Shown: positions 1 through 10,657 of the stretch, one piece after another
Numbering within the stretch: the stretch's first letter is position 1
How the letters are laid out: every line of letters begins with the position of its first letter
DNA from: Eledone cirrhosa
Taxonomy: Eukaryota
Reading direction: 5' to 3'
DNA length: 64,000 nucleotides
Assembly: GCA_964016885.1 (NCBI GenBank)
Contig: OZ024744.1
Coordinates: forward strand, 58,342,001 to 58,406,000
Translations under genes and position numbers: made by a program
Notes under the pieces: model-generated
What the model was told of the DNA's origin: nothing
Seen by the model: the letters and a program-made list of their open reading frames with translations, nothing else
Database searches by the model: none

Positions 1-1190
1 CCATCACTGGCCAAGTCAGAACCACGCCGACCGACACTGTGCTAGCAGAATCCCAGTTACCTACGCTCTCTTCCAGATTCTCAACATTTGCACTGCTTAA
101 AGCTGATCACTGGGCAAACCTACCAAAGACGGACGAACGGCACAAAGTTTTTAATACCAGCTGCCCAAAAAGGCTAAAAAAGACAGACTGGAGAGGCACC
201 TAATCCCAGGACCTGGCCCGACTACATCTTATCCCCCCGACACCCCTACCCAAAGACCCAGAACCTCCCTCATACATGTAATCTACACCAATACCTCAAA
301 GTCCCAAAACGCAAACCAACAACTGACGTCAGCCTGAGACACCATATCAACCCTCGCCCAGTCAGATGTTCAAATCTACACCGATGGGTCTACAAAAGAA
401 GGTACTACCGATGGCGGAGCTGCTAGTATGGTCATTATGAAAGATGGTGAGGTCGTCCAGGAGTGGCGTACAGCAACAGGCGCTAGAACTAGCTCCTTTC
501 ACTTAGAAAAAGCTACGCTTAGAGAAGCCATCCACTGGTTACAAACCAATGACGCAAAATGGACTTCGGCGACCATCATCTGCGACTGTAAATCTCTAGT
601 TGAGGCAATCGACAACTCTGCCCCCAAAGATCCCACTATAACAGAACTCCAGGCAGCAGTTAACCTCGGAGAAGACAAAAACCTAACTGTTGTATGGGTC
701 CCTGGTCACTGTAATCTACAAGGGAATGAACTAGCAGACAAACTCGCAAAGCAGGGCTCCTCACTTCCACAACCTAACACCCCTGCTGACCATGCCACGA
801 GACAAGCTCTCATCAAAAGGGAGTGTAGACCAGCACCCTTCACCCACGAGAGAACTATCCAAACCTTCAGCAAACCGCCGGACGAGAGAGTCGAAAACGC
901 TATAGACAAGGCTGATCTCACCCACCTTATCCGCTTCAGAAGTGGGCACCATCCAGCACTTGGCAGGTGGCAGCTACTGACTGACAAATGTGAAGACAGC
1001 CCTTGCAGACTCTGCGGTGAAGAGGAGGAGGAATCTGAACACTTCTGGCTACGATGCCCTGCATTGGCGATCGAGAGATACCAACACCAACTTGGCACAT
1101 TCTTAGAGGACTTAGTTCGTCTCCCAGTCGCATCTCTAGCGCTTCTGAGGAGGATCTTCAGGCGCCTGAGGTGAATCAACAACAACAACA
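1..1190 (+). mobile_element. 3' part of an RNase H-encoding non-LTR retrotransposon (I/Nimb/Ingi/Loa-like group), with (CAA)n tail
   Basis: Frame open 338-1174: RNase H motifs IYTDGS, ICDCKS, WVPGHCNLQGNELADKLAK, then a C-terminal zinc knuckle CRLCGEEEEESEHFWLRC. TGA is followed almost directly by a CAACAACAACAA tail. In-frame stop at 335-337 upstream. Confidence 0.85.
338..1174 (+). pseudogene. RNase H + CCHC zinc-knuckle portion of LINE ORF2
   Basis: ORF 428..1174 plus its in-frame upstream extension containing YTDGS; RT region upstream is disrupted or outside the window. Confidence 0.8.
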
Positions 1191-2104
1191 GCAGCTGTTC
1201 GACATAGCTCCACAAGTCAGCAATCCTATGGGCACGTCGGGCGGGACCTGGGTCACTTTGACCCTCACACTTTTCTGCCCGCAGTAGGAGGGCACCAAGA
1301 ATATCTCCTCACTCTTTAGGGTTTCCAAAGCGTGAGACTTCGCCTCTGGGGGGGGGGGGGGGAGTACGTCTACTGTGGCGTATTTTTTGCCTCGGGTGAT
1401 GTGGGTTTTGCGCGCCCAGACGCACCCCAAGGCCTTTTGGATTTGAGCCTCAGTGGCTCTTTCCACCCGATGTGACATTTTGCTTACGGTGCGGTAAGTC
1501 ACCGTGCGCAGCTGCTGGCCTTTGAAGAAATCGGGTGGAGGTTTCAGGGAGACTCTATTTTCGTTTCTTGTCACCATGGCTCTTGCGACTGCCATCTCCT
1601 CCCCCGTGACTAGCACTGTCTTTATATTTCGGTCCACACCTGCGAAAGAAGTGGCCCATTTTTCAGCGGCACCATTATTGCTGCCGCTACGGCTGTTACT
1701 GGTCTTGCTATTGGTGCTGTTGCTGTTGCTACAAACGGTGTTGTTGGTGTTGTTGCTGTTATCACTGTTGTAGTTGGTTGTGTTTTTGGTGCCACCGTTG
1801 TTCTTGTTTTCGGTGAAATTTGTATTGTTGCTGTTGGTGTTGTCGTTGTTTATTTTCTTGTTATTGGTGTTAATATCGTCGTTGCATTTGTTGTCATTTT
1901 TTTCTGTTGTCTGTATTTTGGTTGTCGTTGTTATTGTTGTAGATGGTGTGGTAATGTTTTCAAAATTAGTGTTCTCAGTGTTGTTGTCTTTGTTCACGTT
2001 GTTTGTGGTGTTGTTTGTTGTATGAATTTCACTAACCCTCCTCCCACTTTTACGCCGTTGTCACACGATAGCAGACATATTGCTGGTGGGCGTGGCTCAG
2101 CCAT
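1191..2104 (-). pseudogene. Probable ORF1 (RRM-like, Asn/Thr-rich N-terminus) of an L1/Tx1-type element, truncated by the RNase H LINE
   Basis: ORF 1176..1997: N/T-rich low-complexity leader, then LRTVTYR...RGKKYATVDV...VRVKVTQVPPDVP, reminiscent of Tx1 ORF1. Out-of-frame ATG at 2104. Same strand as the adjacent Tx1 pieces. Confidence 0.5.
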
Positions 2105-2105
2105 G

Positions 2106-2320
2106 TTTTTTTTTATTTTTTTATTTTCAAAAGTAAAATGTTCAAATATTATTCAAATATTTGGGCCAAAAGGCCCAAATATTATACTTTCCCCTTTACA
2201 GGGCAAACATGCCAAGGGCTTATATCCCTTACACAACAAGAAAAAATTAACAACAAATAATTTTAACAGACAAATAAAGCGACTTTACTGGGAGCGAGCA
2301 AAAGACGTCCGATTAGACCA
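2106..2320 (-). mobile_element. A-rich-tailed 3' end of an unidentified retroelement
   Basis: T-rich tract at 2106-2127 (A tail on minus strand); internal inverted repeat ATATTTGGGCC-AAAA-GGCCCAAATAT near 2156-2182. Confidence 0.4.
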
Positions 2321-2339
2321 ATAATAATAATTATTATAA

Positions 2340-3232
2340 TGTTTTCTTTATTAACCACAAGGGCTGACATAAAATATAACATTAAGGACAGCACAGGATG
2401 GTACAAATGGGCATTTCTGCGGGTAAAGAAAAAAACAAAGGAAATGACAAAAATTCCCCAATAGGGAGGGAGAAACCCCGAGGGACACTCGTGGAGAAAG
2501 CCTATTAAAAAGGGCACGGTGATCCTGAGCCCCTCTCCCAGTTTTCCACCTTCTGTACTCAGAGCAGGCCCACTCACTCGGGTGATGCTTGCCTCTCTCA
2601 CCCCTCTTTCAACAAATTTCCTTTTCAAATGAAATTTGAAAAAGTTAATCAGGGCATCACCGAAGAGGCGAGTGCTCGTCTTCAGCCTTACACACGATCA
2701 CTTTCGCCATGGCCACCAAGCAGATAAAAACTGCCTGCCCTTCCCGGCTAAAGGAAAACGGCGGGGCAATCCTCACGATGGACTCAGCTGATAGTCGGAT
2801 CAGTCCTACACGCGACAGCAGGTGTTCGACATAAACCCACAAGTCAGCAATGCTCGGACACTGGACAAGTGTGTGCAGGATGATTTCGTCGCCCTGCGCG
2901 CATCTCGGACTGGCCCTGCTGACGGCACTTCCATGGCTGTAGAGTTTATCCCGAACTGGCAAAGCTCCTCGTTAAAACTGCTAGGCCAGGGATTTCTGGA
3001 AGTTGTCCATAGACCCCAGCCCGAAAGTTCTCTCGAAGAGATTGGCTAGTTGATTTTCGTCGTTTCCCAGAGTCTTCCCAAGGATGTCGTCGCTCTTTTC
3101 CTCCACTAACCCTCTATAGAACACCAAGGTGGAGTTTCCACTGATCACATTGCCCGACTGGTCGAGGGCTGTAAGCGCCAAAAGACATTCCAGTCTCCAA
3201 GCGCTCCCTCTCGGTGTATATGACCGTTCGAA
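2340..3232 (-). mobile_element. 5'-truncated Tx1-clade LINE (ORF2 C-terminus + 3' UTR), degenerate
   Basis: ORFs 2981..3370 and 2657..2962 (FYRGLV..LANLFERTF..MDNFQKSLA, LPVRDKLY, PRCAQGDEIILHTLVQC) align by eye with the C-terminus of ORF 29867..31819. The 3' end CTTGTGGTTAATAAAGAAAAC matches the other copies. Confidence 0.85.
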
Positions 3233-3248
3233 CATGTATGCATGTATG

Positions 3249-3766
3249 TCAGGGCGCTCTCGAGTGCTACTGGTAACATGTAACCCAGTACAACATGTCT
3301 CATGGTTGGGTCGTCGGCGACTAAACCGGCAACCCCACCAAGCTTGAGGAGGGTGATATTTGGACACCATGCGGGATGAAATACAAGAACCGGCAAATGG
3401 CCGAGGAACTAAGCAGAGTCAACAGCCATCCAAATATTACCTTTTTTTACCTGGGAGTGAAAGGCCTCAGTTGCTGTCACAACACCTTTCTAAGAGAGGG
3501 AAACTCTGAAAAAAAAAAAAAACCCTGCAGCTTCGGAAGCATCCGATGGTGTTGATCAGTGCTCCTTTTCGGGTAGTGTTTTCGATGCTCAGAAAGTGGT
3601 ACTGGTCAAATGAAAGTCCTTTCCCCACTTAAAAAGTCTTCAAAGCACAGGCATTGCTTGTTCAGGATCTGTTAAGGTTTGTGTGGCTGGCCTTAACCTA
3701 AAAGTGCACCACTTTCAGTAATCTGACAAGCGATTGCAATACTCTTAGCAGAGTTTGCAGCCATCA
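3249..3766 (+). mobile_element. Non-autonomous RTE-derived element A with (TATG)n tail
   Basis: Ends GCAGCCATC-(ATGT)n like the RTE LINE at 6507; its 5' region is homologous to 3801-3945; no ORF. Confidence 0.65.
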
Positions 3767-3800
3767 TGTATGTATGTATGTATGTATGTATGTATGTATG

Positions 3801-4351
3801 GTCGGGTCGTTGGCGACTAAACTGGCAACCCCACCAAGGTTTCTTGGTGAGGAGGGTGACTTTGGACATCCTGCAGGACTAAAAACAAAACCTGTCAAAG
3901 GGCAAGGGAGCTCTTAAGACTCAATAGCCATCCAAAATCACCGGGAGAGATGACCCCTTAGCCTTTGTCAAGGCAGAATTCTAGGAGAAGGAAAACTCTG
4001 ATATAACACCTGCAACCCTGATGGTATCCAATGATGTTGACTTGTTCTTCTTTTTGGTAAATATCATCTTGGTTAAGAGAGTGGGACTGGCTTTGTGCAG
4101 TGCCTTTGCTCACTATAAAAGCTTCACAGCACAGGCATTGCTTTATATCTGGAGATCTCTCTGCACTTGTCATCACATGGTACCATGGGCCCTGCACTAT
4201 GTGTCAATAATGGTCACAAGTGTAGTCTTTTTACCAGAGTTTTCAAGTCGCTGGCTGGACTAAAAAGTCACATTCGTTCAGCGCATCGGTAGGGATTCTC
4301 CTACATGGATATAAAGTAGTGGCCGTACTCGAAAACGAGTTGGCAGCCACC
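3801..4351 (+). mobile_element. Non-autonomous RTE-derived element B with (TATG)n tail (4352-4438)
   Basis: Ends ACTCGAAAACGAGTTGGCAGCCACC-(ATGT)n; internally deleted copy at 56975-57132. Confidence 0.7.
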
Positions 4352-4438
4352 ATGTATGTATGTATGTATGTATGTATGTATGTATGTATGTATGTATGTA
4401 TGTATGTATGTATGTATGTATGTATGTATGTATGTATG

Positions 4439-6395
4439 TGAGTGCTGAACGGACCACCGCCTGGTACGCGCAAAAGTAAAACTAATCACTAAACGTAAAA
4501 TCCGGGTTCCTGGTGTTGCTCTGCCCAGAAGATTGAATGCTGCTCGTCTTAGGGATAAAAATGTGAAGAGGACATTGCGAGAAGAGATGCAGGTTGCAGT
4601 TCTTGGTGAGGCTTGGCCGACCCTTAAAAAGTCGGTTTATGATGTAGGCAGGTGTGTTCTGGGATTGGTGCAGAGAAAACATCAGGACTGGTTTAATGAG
4701 AATGATGTACATATAGAAGACTTGTTGGCTGATAAGAGGTGTGCTCTGTCACGCTACTTGACAGCAAAACCACAGGAGAAGAATATGTTGCATAAGGAAC
4801 TCAGGGATGTAAAATCACGTGTTAGGCGGAGTCTTTCTCAGATGAAGGATCAGTGGTGGAGTGAGAAGGCTGATTCCAATAACACAAAGCTGTTGTACAG
4901 TCTCTTGCGTGAAGTTTATGGACCGTCTTCTTCTCTGGTGACACCGCTTCGCAGCAAGGATGGCAAAGAACTTCTTCGGGACTCACAAGGAATTCTGCGA
5001 ATTTCCTCAATCCCATTCCTGAAAAACCTGTGAAAGTAGCTCTCGCAGAACCACCGACGCTTGTGGAGGTTGCAGTGGTTATCTCGAAGCTGAACAGTGG
5101 AAGGTCTCCAGGTATAGATGGCAAAAATGCAGAGCCCCTACAGCTCCAGGAGAAGTGCATGGAACAAGGCTTGGATCTGTATCAGGTTTTTGTCGATCTG
5201 ACAAAAGCTTTCGATACTGTTAACAGAAATGCATTGTGGAAGGTTCTCCAGAAGCTTGGTTGCCCTGATATGTTCCTTGCTTTGGTTAGGTCTTTCCATG
5301 ACGACATGAAGGCTTGGGTTAATGTCAGAGGTAACATATCGGAGCCTATCTTAGTAAAAAAAATGGAATGAAACAGGGGGATATTCCAGCACCGACCCTA
5401 TTTGCCATATACTTTGCATTCAGGCATTGCGACCCTGTTTGCCATATATATTGCATTCAGGAATTGCGAGCATGGTGTTTACATCCAATATCGAACCTGA
5501 GCATGGTGTTTACATCCAATATCGAATATTAACATCAGGCGCTTCGTTGTAAAAACAAAAGTATTTACATCAATCATAAGAAACCTCTTGTATGCAGATG
5601 ATTGCGATCTTGTAGCGCACACAGAAAGTGATATGCAGCACACTTTGAATGCATTTTCTGATGCTTGCACTGCCCTGGGATTGACTGTCAGTCTCAAGAA
5701 AACCGTCATCATGTACCAACCTGCCCCTTGTAAGCAGTACAGTGAACCAAATATCTATGTGTATGGTAAACGACTTGGAGTGGTTGATCAGTTTATCTAC
5801 CTGGGAAGCACGGTCAATCGATACAGCAACCTTGATAATGAAATTCCACTCAGGATTAGGAAAGCATGTGATGCTTTCGGAAAACTAGAAAGGCGACTCT
5901 GGGGTCGGCGAGACATATGCAAGAAGACAAAGGTAAAGGTGTACAAGGCATGTGTGCTCTCTTCTCTTCTTTATGCCTGCGAGACCTGGGTCACATATCA
6001 ACACCACCTTAAACAATTGGAGCGTTTCCATCAGATGTGTCTCAGACGGATCCATGGCGTTCACTGGAGGGACCACATCAGTGATGTCGAGATTTTGGAA
6101 AGCTCTATGTGTGACAGTATAGAAGCTCTTGTGCTTAAGCAACGACTCCGTTGGAGTGGTCATCTTGCCAGGATGAAGGATTCTAGAATACCAAAACAAC
6201 TCTTTTATGGAGAGTTGGTTAAAGGAAAACGACCTCCACATAAACCAAAAAAGATATATAAGGATTCGTTGAAAGCCTCTTTGAAAGACGCTAACATCTC
6301 TGCTGATACATGGGAAAATGTTGCTGCTGATCGTAATAAATGGAGAAAGACTGTATGTGTGTGTGTGTATGTACATATAGACATGTATATATGTG

Positions 6396-6428
<33 letters not shown>

Positions 6429-6530
6429 TATTATTATTATTACTGTCGTTATGTTTTTTGGGTTTTTTTCGTGCAATGGCCATACTCGATAACGAGGGGG
6501 CAGCCATCATGTATGTTGGTATGTATGTAC
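4439..6530 (+). mobile_element. RTE-clade LINE, 5'-truncated, with internal deletions and frameshifts
   Basis: RKHQDWFNEN, SGRSPGIDG, FVDLTKAFDTVNR, KQGD, LYADD, FIYLGS, LLYACETW, RLRWSGHLARM..RIPKQLFYGEL. Tail GAGGGGGCAGCCATC(ATGT)n. GT/TA microsatellite at ~6352-6440. Confidence 0.9.
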
Positions 6531-6532
6531 GT

Positions 6533-8630
6533 TCTTCTGGTTTGGTTATTTTATAAATGTTTACCAATAGAGAGAAGGAGAGTCAGTTTCTAACTTAGAA
6601 ACAAGACTCTTTCAGTGGAATTTAGACATCAACTAGGCAAATACGTGTGCATTTCTGTATGTGTTTGTGGCTTGGGTGTGTGTAGGTATGGATGTTATTA
6701 AATGTGTGCATCTACATGTTTTGAGTTATGTTTCTGCATGTTTCTGTGTCTATACAAGTGTATGTGCAGTTATTACAATCAGAATTTTTTGAATGTTTTA
6801 CATATTTTTACTGTTCCATTGATGGATTGTACTTGTAATTTCCTAACTAGTTGTGTTCTTTCTGTTTCTGTGAAGCCTAGCTTCTCAAGATTTGTATTGA
6901 GGCAGTTACTAACATATCCAAGTGCCCCAATAATCACAGGCATACATCTGAAGGTGTAATCAGGGTGGAGTATCTGTAGATTTCTCATTAGTCCTGCATA
7001 GATATTCTCCTTTTCGCTAATCTTTAGCATCATATCAACATCTGTGGGCAGCTGATTTCCACTGCTCTGCATGCCTTCTTTCTCTGTCCTATATCACTGT
7101 CTGGTCTGCATTTTATTGGGGGTTTTACTGGAACATCCCACCAGTACTCTTTTCTATTATGTATATATATGTATTCCACATTGCTGTAACTTATATCTTT
7201 ATTATCAGATCTATCTTTTCCATAGATTGCATTGCATTGTGCTTTGGCCACATAGGTAGATAGTTTCATGATGACATCTTTGGACAGCTATTTATGACAT
7301 GGGTGACATCTTTGATATTAATTCCGCAGAATCTACATCAATTGTCACATCTAGGTGTTTTGCCTGCATCCCTACCTTTTTGTTGTGCATCAGATTATTT
7401 CCTGTTCTTGGATTGTAAAAGCATATCCTTCAAAGTGAAAGCCAATGCACCAGTTGTTGGTCCAAGATAGATTACTTTGCTTATCTATACTACTCTCACT
7501 TTAGAGCTTCCTGATAACATATCCATGCATGATTTTTTTGCTGATATACATGCAGCTTTTAAGCAATGGATTTATTGCTGTATTACTGTGCAATTTACCT
7601 GGGTGTGAAGCTTTGGTTATCATGCAGGGAGTATTTTTCAGGGAGATCCCTCCCAACTCTTATGATGCTATATGTCTCGTGTAGAAAGATTTGTTCTAAA
7701 GATGGGCTTCTATGCTTGGTGGTTCGTAGGATATGATGCGACACTCAATTGTTGCTTGGATTGATGTTAAGCCTCTACCTCCCTGTTTACGTTTCAGGTA
7801 GGGGCGGTTTATGTCACTGTTGATGTAGAAATTTCCAGTGCTGGTTAGAACTTTTCAGGTATTAACATCAATAGCTCAGATATCATCTAGTGACTAGTCA
7901 AGTAGTCCGATTGTAGGTGTCAACACAGACACAGTATACACATTGTGGGCCACTGATTTATTGGGCACAGAAAGTTCTGAAGACCATGTTCTTCATTATT
8001 TGGGTATTCGTGCCAACCCTTATCTATAGTCACGAATCTTAAGTAATGACTGAAAGAATACGATCGGGAATACAAGAAGCCGAAATGAGGTTCCTACGAA
8101 GGCTCTTCGGAGTGACGTTACTCAAAGAGTGCGTAGTTCAGCGACCAGAGAGTCACTCCAGGTAGAGCCGCTATTTCTCCGAATGGAGATCACAGTTCAG
8201 ATACTATGGGCATGTAGTTAGAATGTCTCAGGAAAGAATTGCTGGACAGATTTTACGGGCAAAACCAACCGACAGGAGACCCAGGGGTAGACTCAGAGCA
8301 AGATGATTGGATAACAGGCATGAGCTTGGCTGGTCTTGCTTGAGGATCCAGCCAGATCAGTTGAAGACAGATGCTTCTGACAGGACCCACTAGAGGGAGT
8401 GTTTGAAGACTTTGCCGCATTGAGCCTCTCAGGAATAAGTGAGCAAAGAAGAAGAGAAAAAGAAGGGTATTATACTCCCTGATAACTCATTCCTAGTTAC
8501 AAATACCATCATAGGGTATATTTTCATCTAATCCTAAGTATCTGTAACATTCCTCAGCCAGGACATTGATAGATATGTTCCTAGATTGACTTGTAGATTT
8601 TCCTCGCTTTACAATAATATAAGATTAATA
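6533..8630 (-). mobile_element. RLE-type non-LTR retrotransposon (R4/Dong-like), degenerate and 5'-truncated, interrupted at ~8010-8465
   Basis: Minus strand shows a YRYLG RT motif (~8520-8550), a CCHC knuckle CRFCG..DVTHVINSC (~7280-7340), and a restriction-like endonuclease RPD..VEISCP..K.EKENIY..PVIIGALGYV. (TATG)n on both flanks. Confidence 0.7.
8010..8465 (+). mobile_element. 3' end of a second RTE-like LINE nested in the RLE element
   Basis: TLIYSHES.VMTERIRSGIQEAEMRFLRRLFGVT..RYYGHVVRM..RRPRGR; GAA-rich tail. Confidence 0.75.
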
Positions 8631-9063
8631 TATGTATGTATGTTCGTATGTATGTGCGAGTGTGTGTGTGTGTGTGTGTGGTGGGGGTGGGGGGGGGGGG
8701 TATGTATGTGCTTTCATTATTTAAATATATATGTCTCTATGAACACTTTAAACCACTGTTTCCTAAAAGTTTTCATATCACCTTCCTCCATTTAGAGAAT
8801 ATATTTCATAAGCCTACCCCACCCCCATTTCACCTCCTAATATGACACACTGGAAATTAAATTTGAATAATTTTTTTAATCATTCATTGTATAACGAAAA
8901 ATATAACCGTACAAAACTTTCTAAAATTACTTGATAATTTTGATGTAAATTATGAATCTGACGTGATGAAACTAATTTTTTGTATAACCAAAGAATATAC
9001 TTGTTCAAAAATATCTAAAACTAGTGAAGCCACACCATCAAAATTTATGGTGATTCACACATT

Positions 9064-9272
9064 TACGAATGTCGGTTGAAAGGTTCATAGGCTGACTAAG
9101 AATGACATGGAATGACCAAATGAGGTTTATTTTTCAATATAGTCCCTGGAAAGAAACAATATACAGTTATTAATAAGAAGAGTCTAAATTAATACATGCA
9201 ACATTTCACAGCTCTAGCATCACTCCTTCATAGGCTGACCAAGATACTCTCATGGAATGACCAAATGAGGTT
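9064..9272 (+). mobile_element. mariner-like DNA transposon terminal fragments (two partial direct copies)
   Basis: TACGAATGTCGGTTGAAAGGTTCATAGGCTGAC resembles a mariner TIR; TTCATAGGCTGAC...ATGGAATGACCAAATGAGGTT recurs at ~9085 and ~9228. Confidence 0.5.
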
Positions 9273-9571
9273 GATAACTGGCCATTGGAATTCTTCTGAA
9301 TAAATGTCGTTACGAAAGATCAATACTTTATTAATGTACAATGTTTTAAATAAACTATTTTCTTCTAATTTTACCTTTCCATCTCTGTATCTCCTCCTCC
9401 CCCTCTCTCTCACACACAGAACGCAGTAACAGATCGTCTACAAGGAACAAGAAGAGATGATCTGTTAGTAAAGTCGTAAAAATGAGAAAGAGAGCGAGAA
9501 AATTTTTTTTAGAGGGAGAGAGAGAGAGAGAGAGAAAGAAAGAGAAAGTGAGTGAGAGAAGATAGATAGAT

Positions 9572-9769
9572 TTCTTTATTAGCCACAAGGGCGCAACAAG
9601 AAAGGGGACAATACAAAGACATGCCGGGGATTTTACATACAGTCGTGTAAAAAATATAAAAACAAACAATTTCAACAATCGAAATCCCCAATAGGGGGGA
9701 GGTGCCACAAATGGGTTGTTTAATACCCCGTCGATAGAACAACCCTCAACTCCAGGAGCGTGTTGTGCA
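9572..9769 (-). mobile_element. Extremely 5'-truncated Tx1 3' UTR insertion with 21-bp TSD
   Basis: TSD AGTGAGAGAAGATAGATAGAT at 9551-9571 and 9770-9790; terminus CCTTGTGGCTAATAAAGAA homologous to the 3' ends at 2340 and 29599. Confidence 0.8.
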
Positions 9770-9827
9770 AGTGAGAGAAGATAGATAGATAGATAAAGTG
9801 AGAGACAAAGGGAAAGAAAAATAGCTA

Positions 9828-9915
<88 letters not shown>

Positions 9916-9918
<3 letters not shown>

Positions 9919-10259
9919 AATCTGAGTTTTTCGAATATTAATAATAATATTCGATTCGTTTGCAATTATGCAAACAGCCTCTGATATGCAAATCTAGCTG
10001 ATCAGTGGATCTACTAATATGCAAATCAGGCCAATCAGTCACTGTATATTTTAGAAAATATCATATATTTTCACTAGCTCTAACAGTTGGCAGGTGAACA
10101 GTGAGCTGTACTGATGAAGTGTCTGCAGTTCTGTTTAGATACCAACACAAGTGCAAGAATGAGGGGCTCATTCTACTGACATGGCTTTAAAAATGAGGCT
10201 TGTTTGCATAATTACAAACGAATCGAATTATTATTAATATTCGAAAAACTCAGATTACA
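9916..10259. mobile_element. Foldback element with ~65-bp terminal inverted repeats, between (TA)n tracts
   Basis: TGTAATCTGAGTTTTTCGAATATT...CAAACAGCCTC (9916-9981) pairs with GAGGCTTGTTTG...AAACTCAGATTACA (10195-10259). Confidence 0.75.
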
Positions 10260-10283
10260 TTTATTGTATTCAGCCATGTAGAG

Positions 10284-10352
<69 letters not shown>

Positions 10353-10451
10353 GTAGAGAGAGAAAGAGAGAGAGAGAATGGCAGAACACTGGTGGGTTAT
10401 ATCCGCAGTTGTTGAGCACTCAGTCTATCAGTCCATGGGACAAGTTTGGTG

Positions 10452-10558
10452 GAAGTAGTTCCACATCAGTTAATAAACAATTTCCGGTAACGGAGCTGAT
10501 GATCCGTTAAGGTGAAACAAATTGTCCTCGGCAATGGTTTACTAACTGTTGTGGAACT

Positions 10559-10563
<5 letters not shown>
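10452..10563 (+). ncRNA. Type I hammerhead ribozyme closed by a long extended stem I
   Basis: GAG-CTGATGA(10496-10502)-TCCGTTAAGGT-GAAAC-AAATT-GTC^(10526)-CTC; outer stem GAAGTAGTTCCACA/TGTGGAACTACTTC. Confidence 0.75.

Positions 10564-10654
<91 letters not shown>

Positions 10655-10657
<3 letters not shown>

Noticed and set aside
706-2025. Antisense and overlapping ORFs (706..1215, 1504..1773, 1774..2025)
   Set aside because: Shadows of retroelement ORFs or low-complexity sequence
3249-3400. Twister or HDV-like ribozyme at the RTE-derived 5' end
   Set aside because: Could not map the required pseudoknots or conserved residues; kept only as an unassigned structured motif
10105-10160. Hammerhead at CTGATGA 10111
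   Set aside because: A stem II is possible but GAAA and the cleavage triplet are missing; at best a fossil
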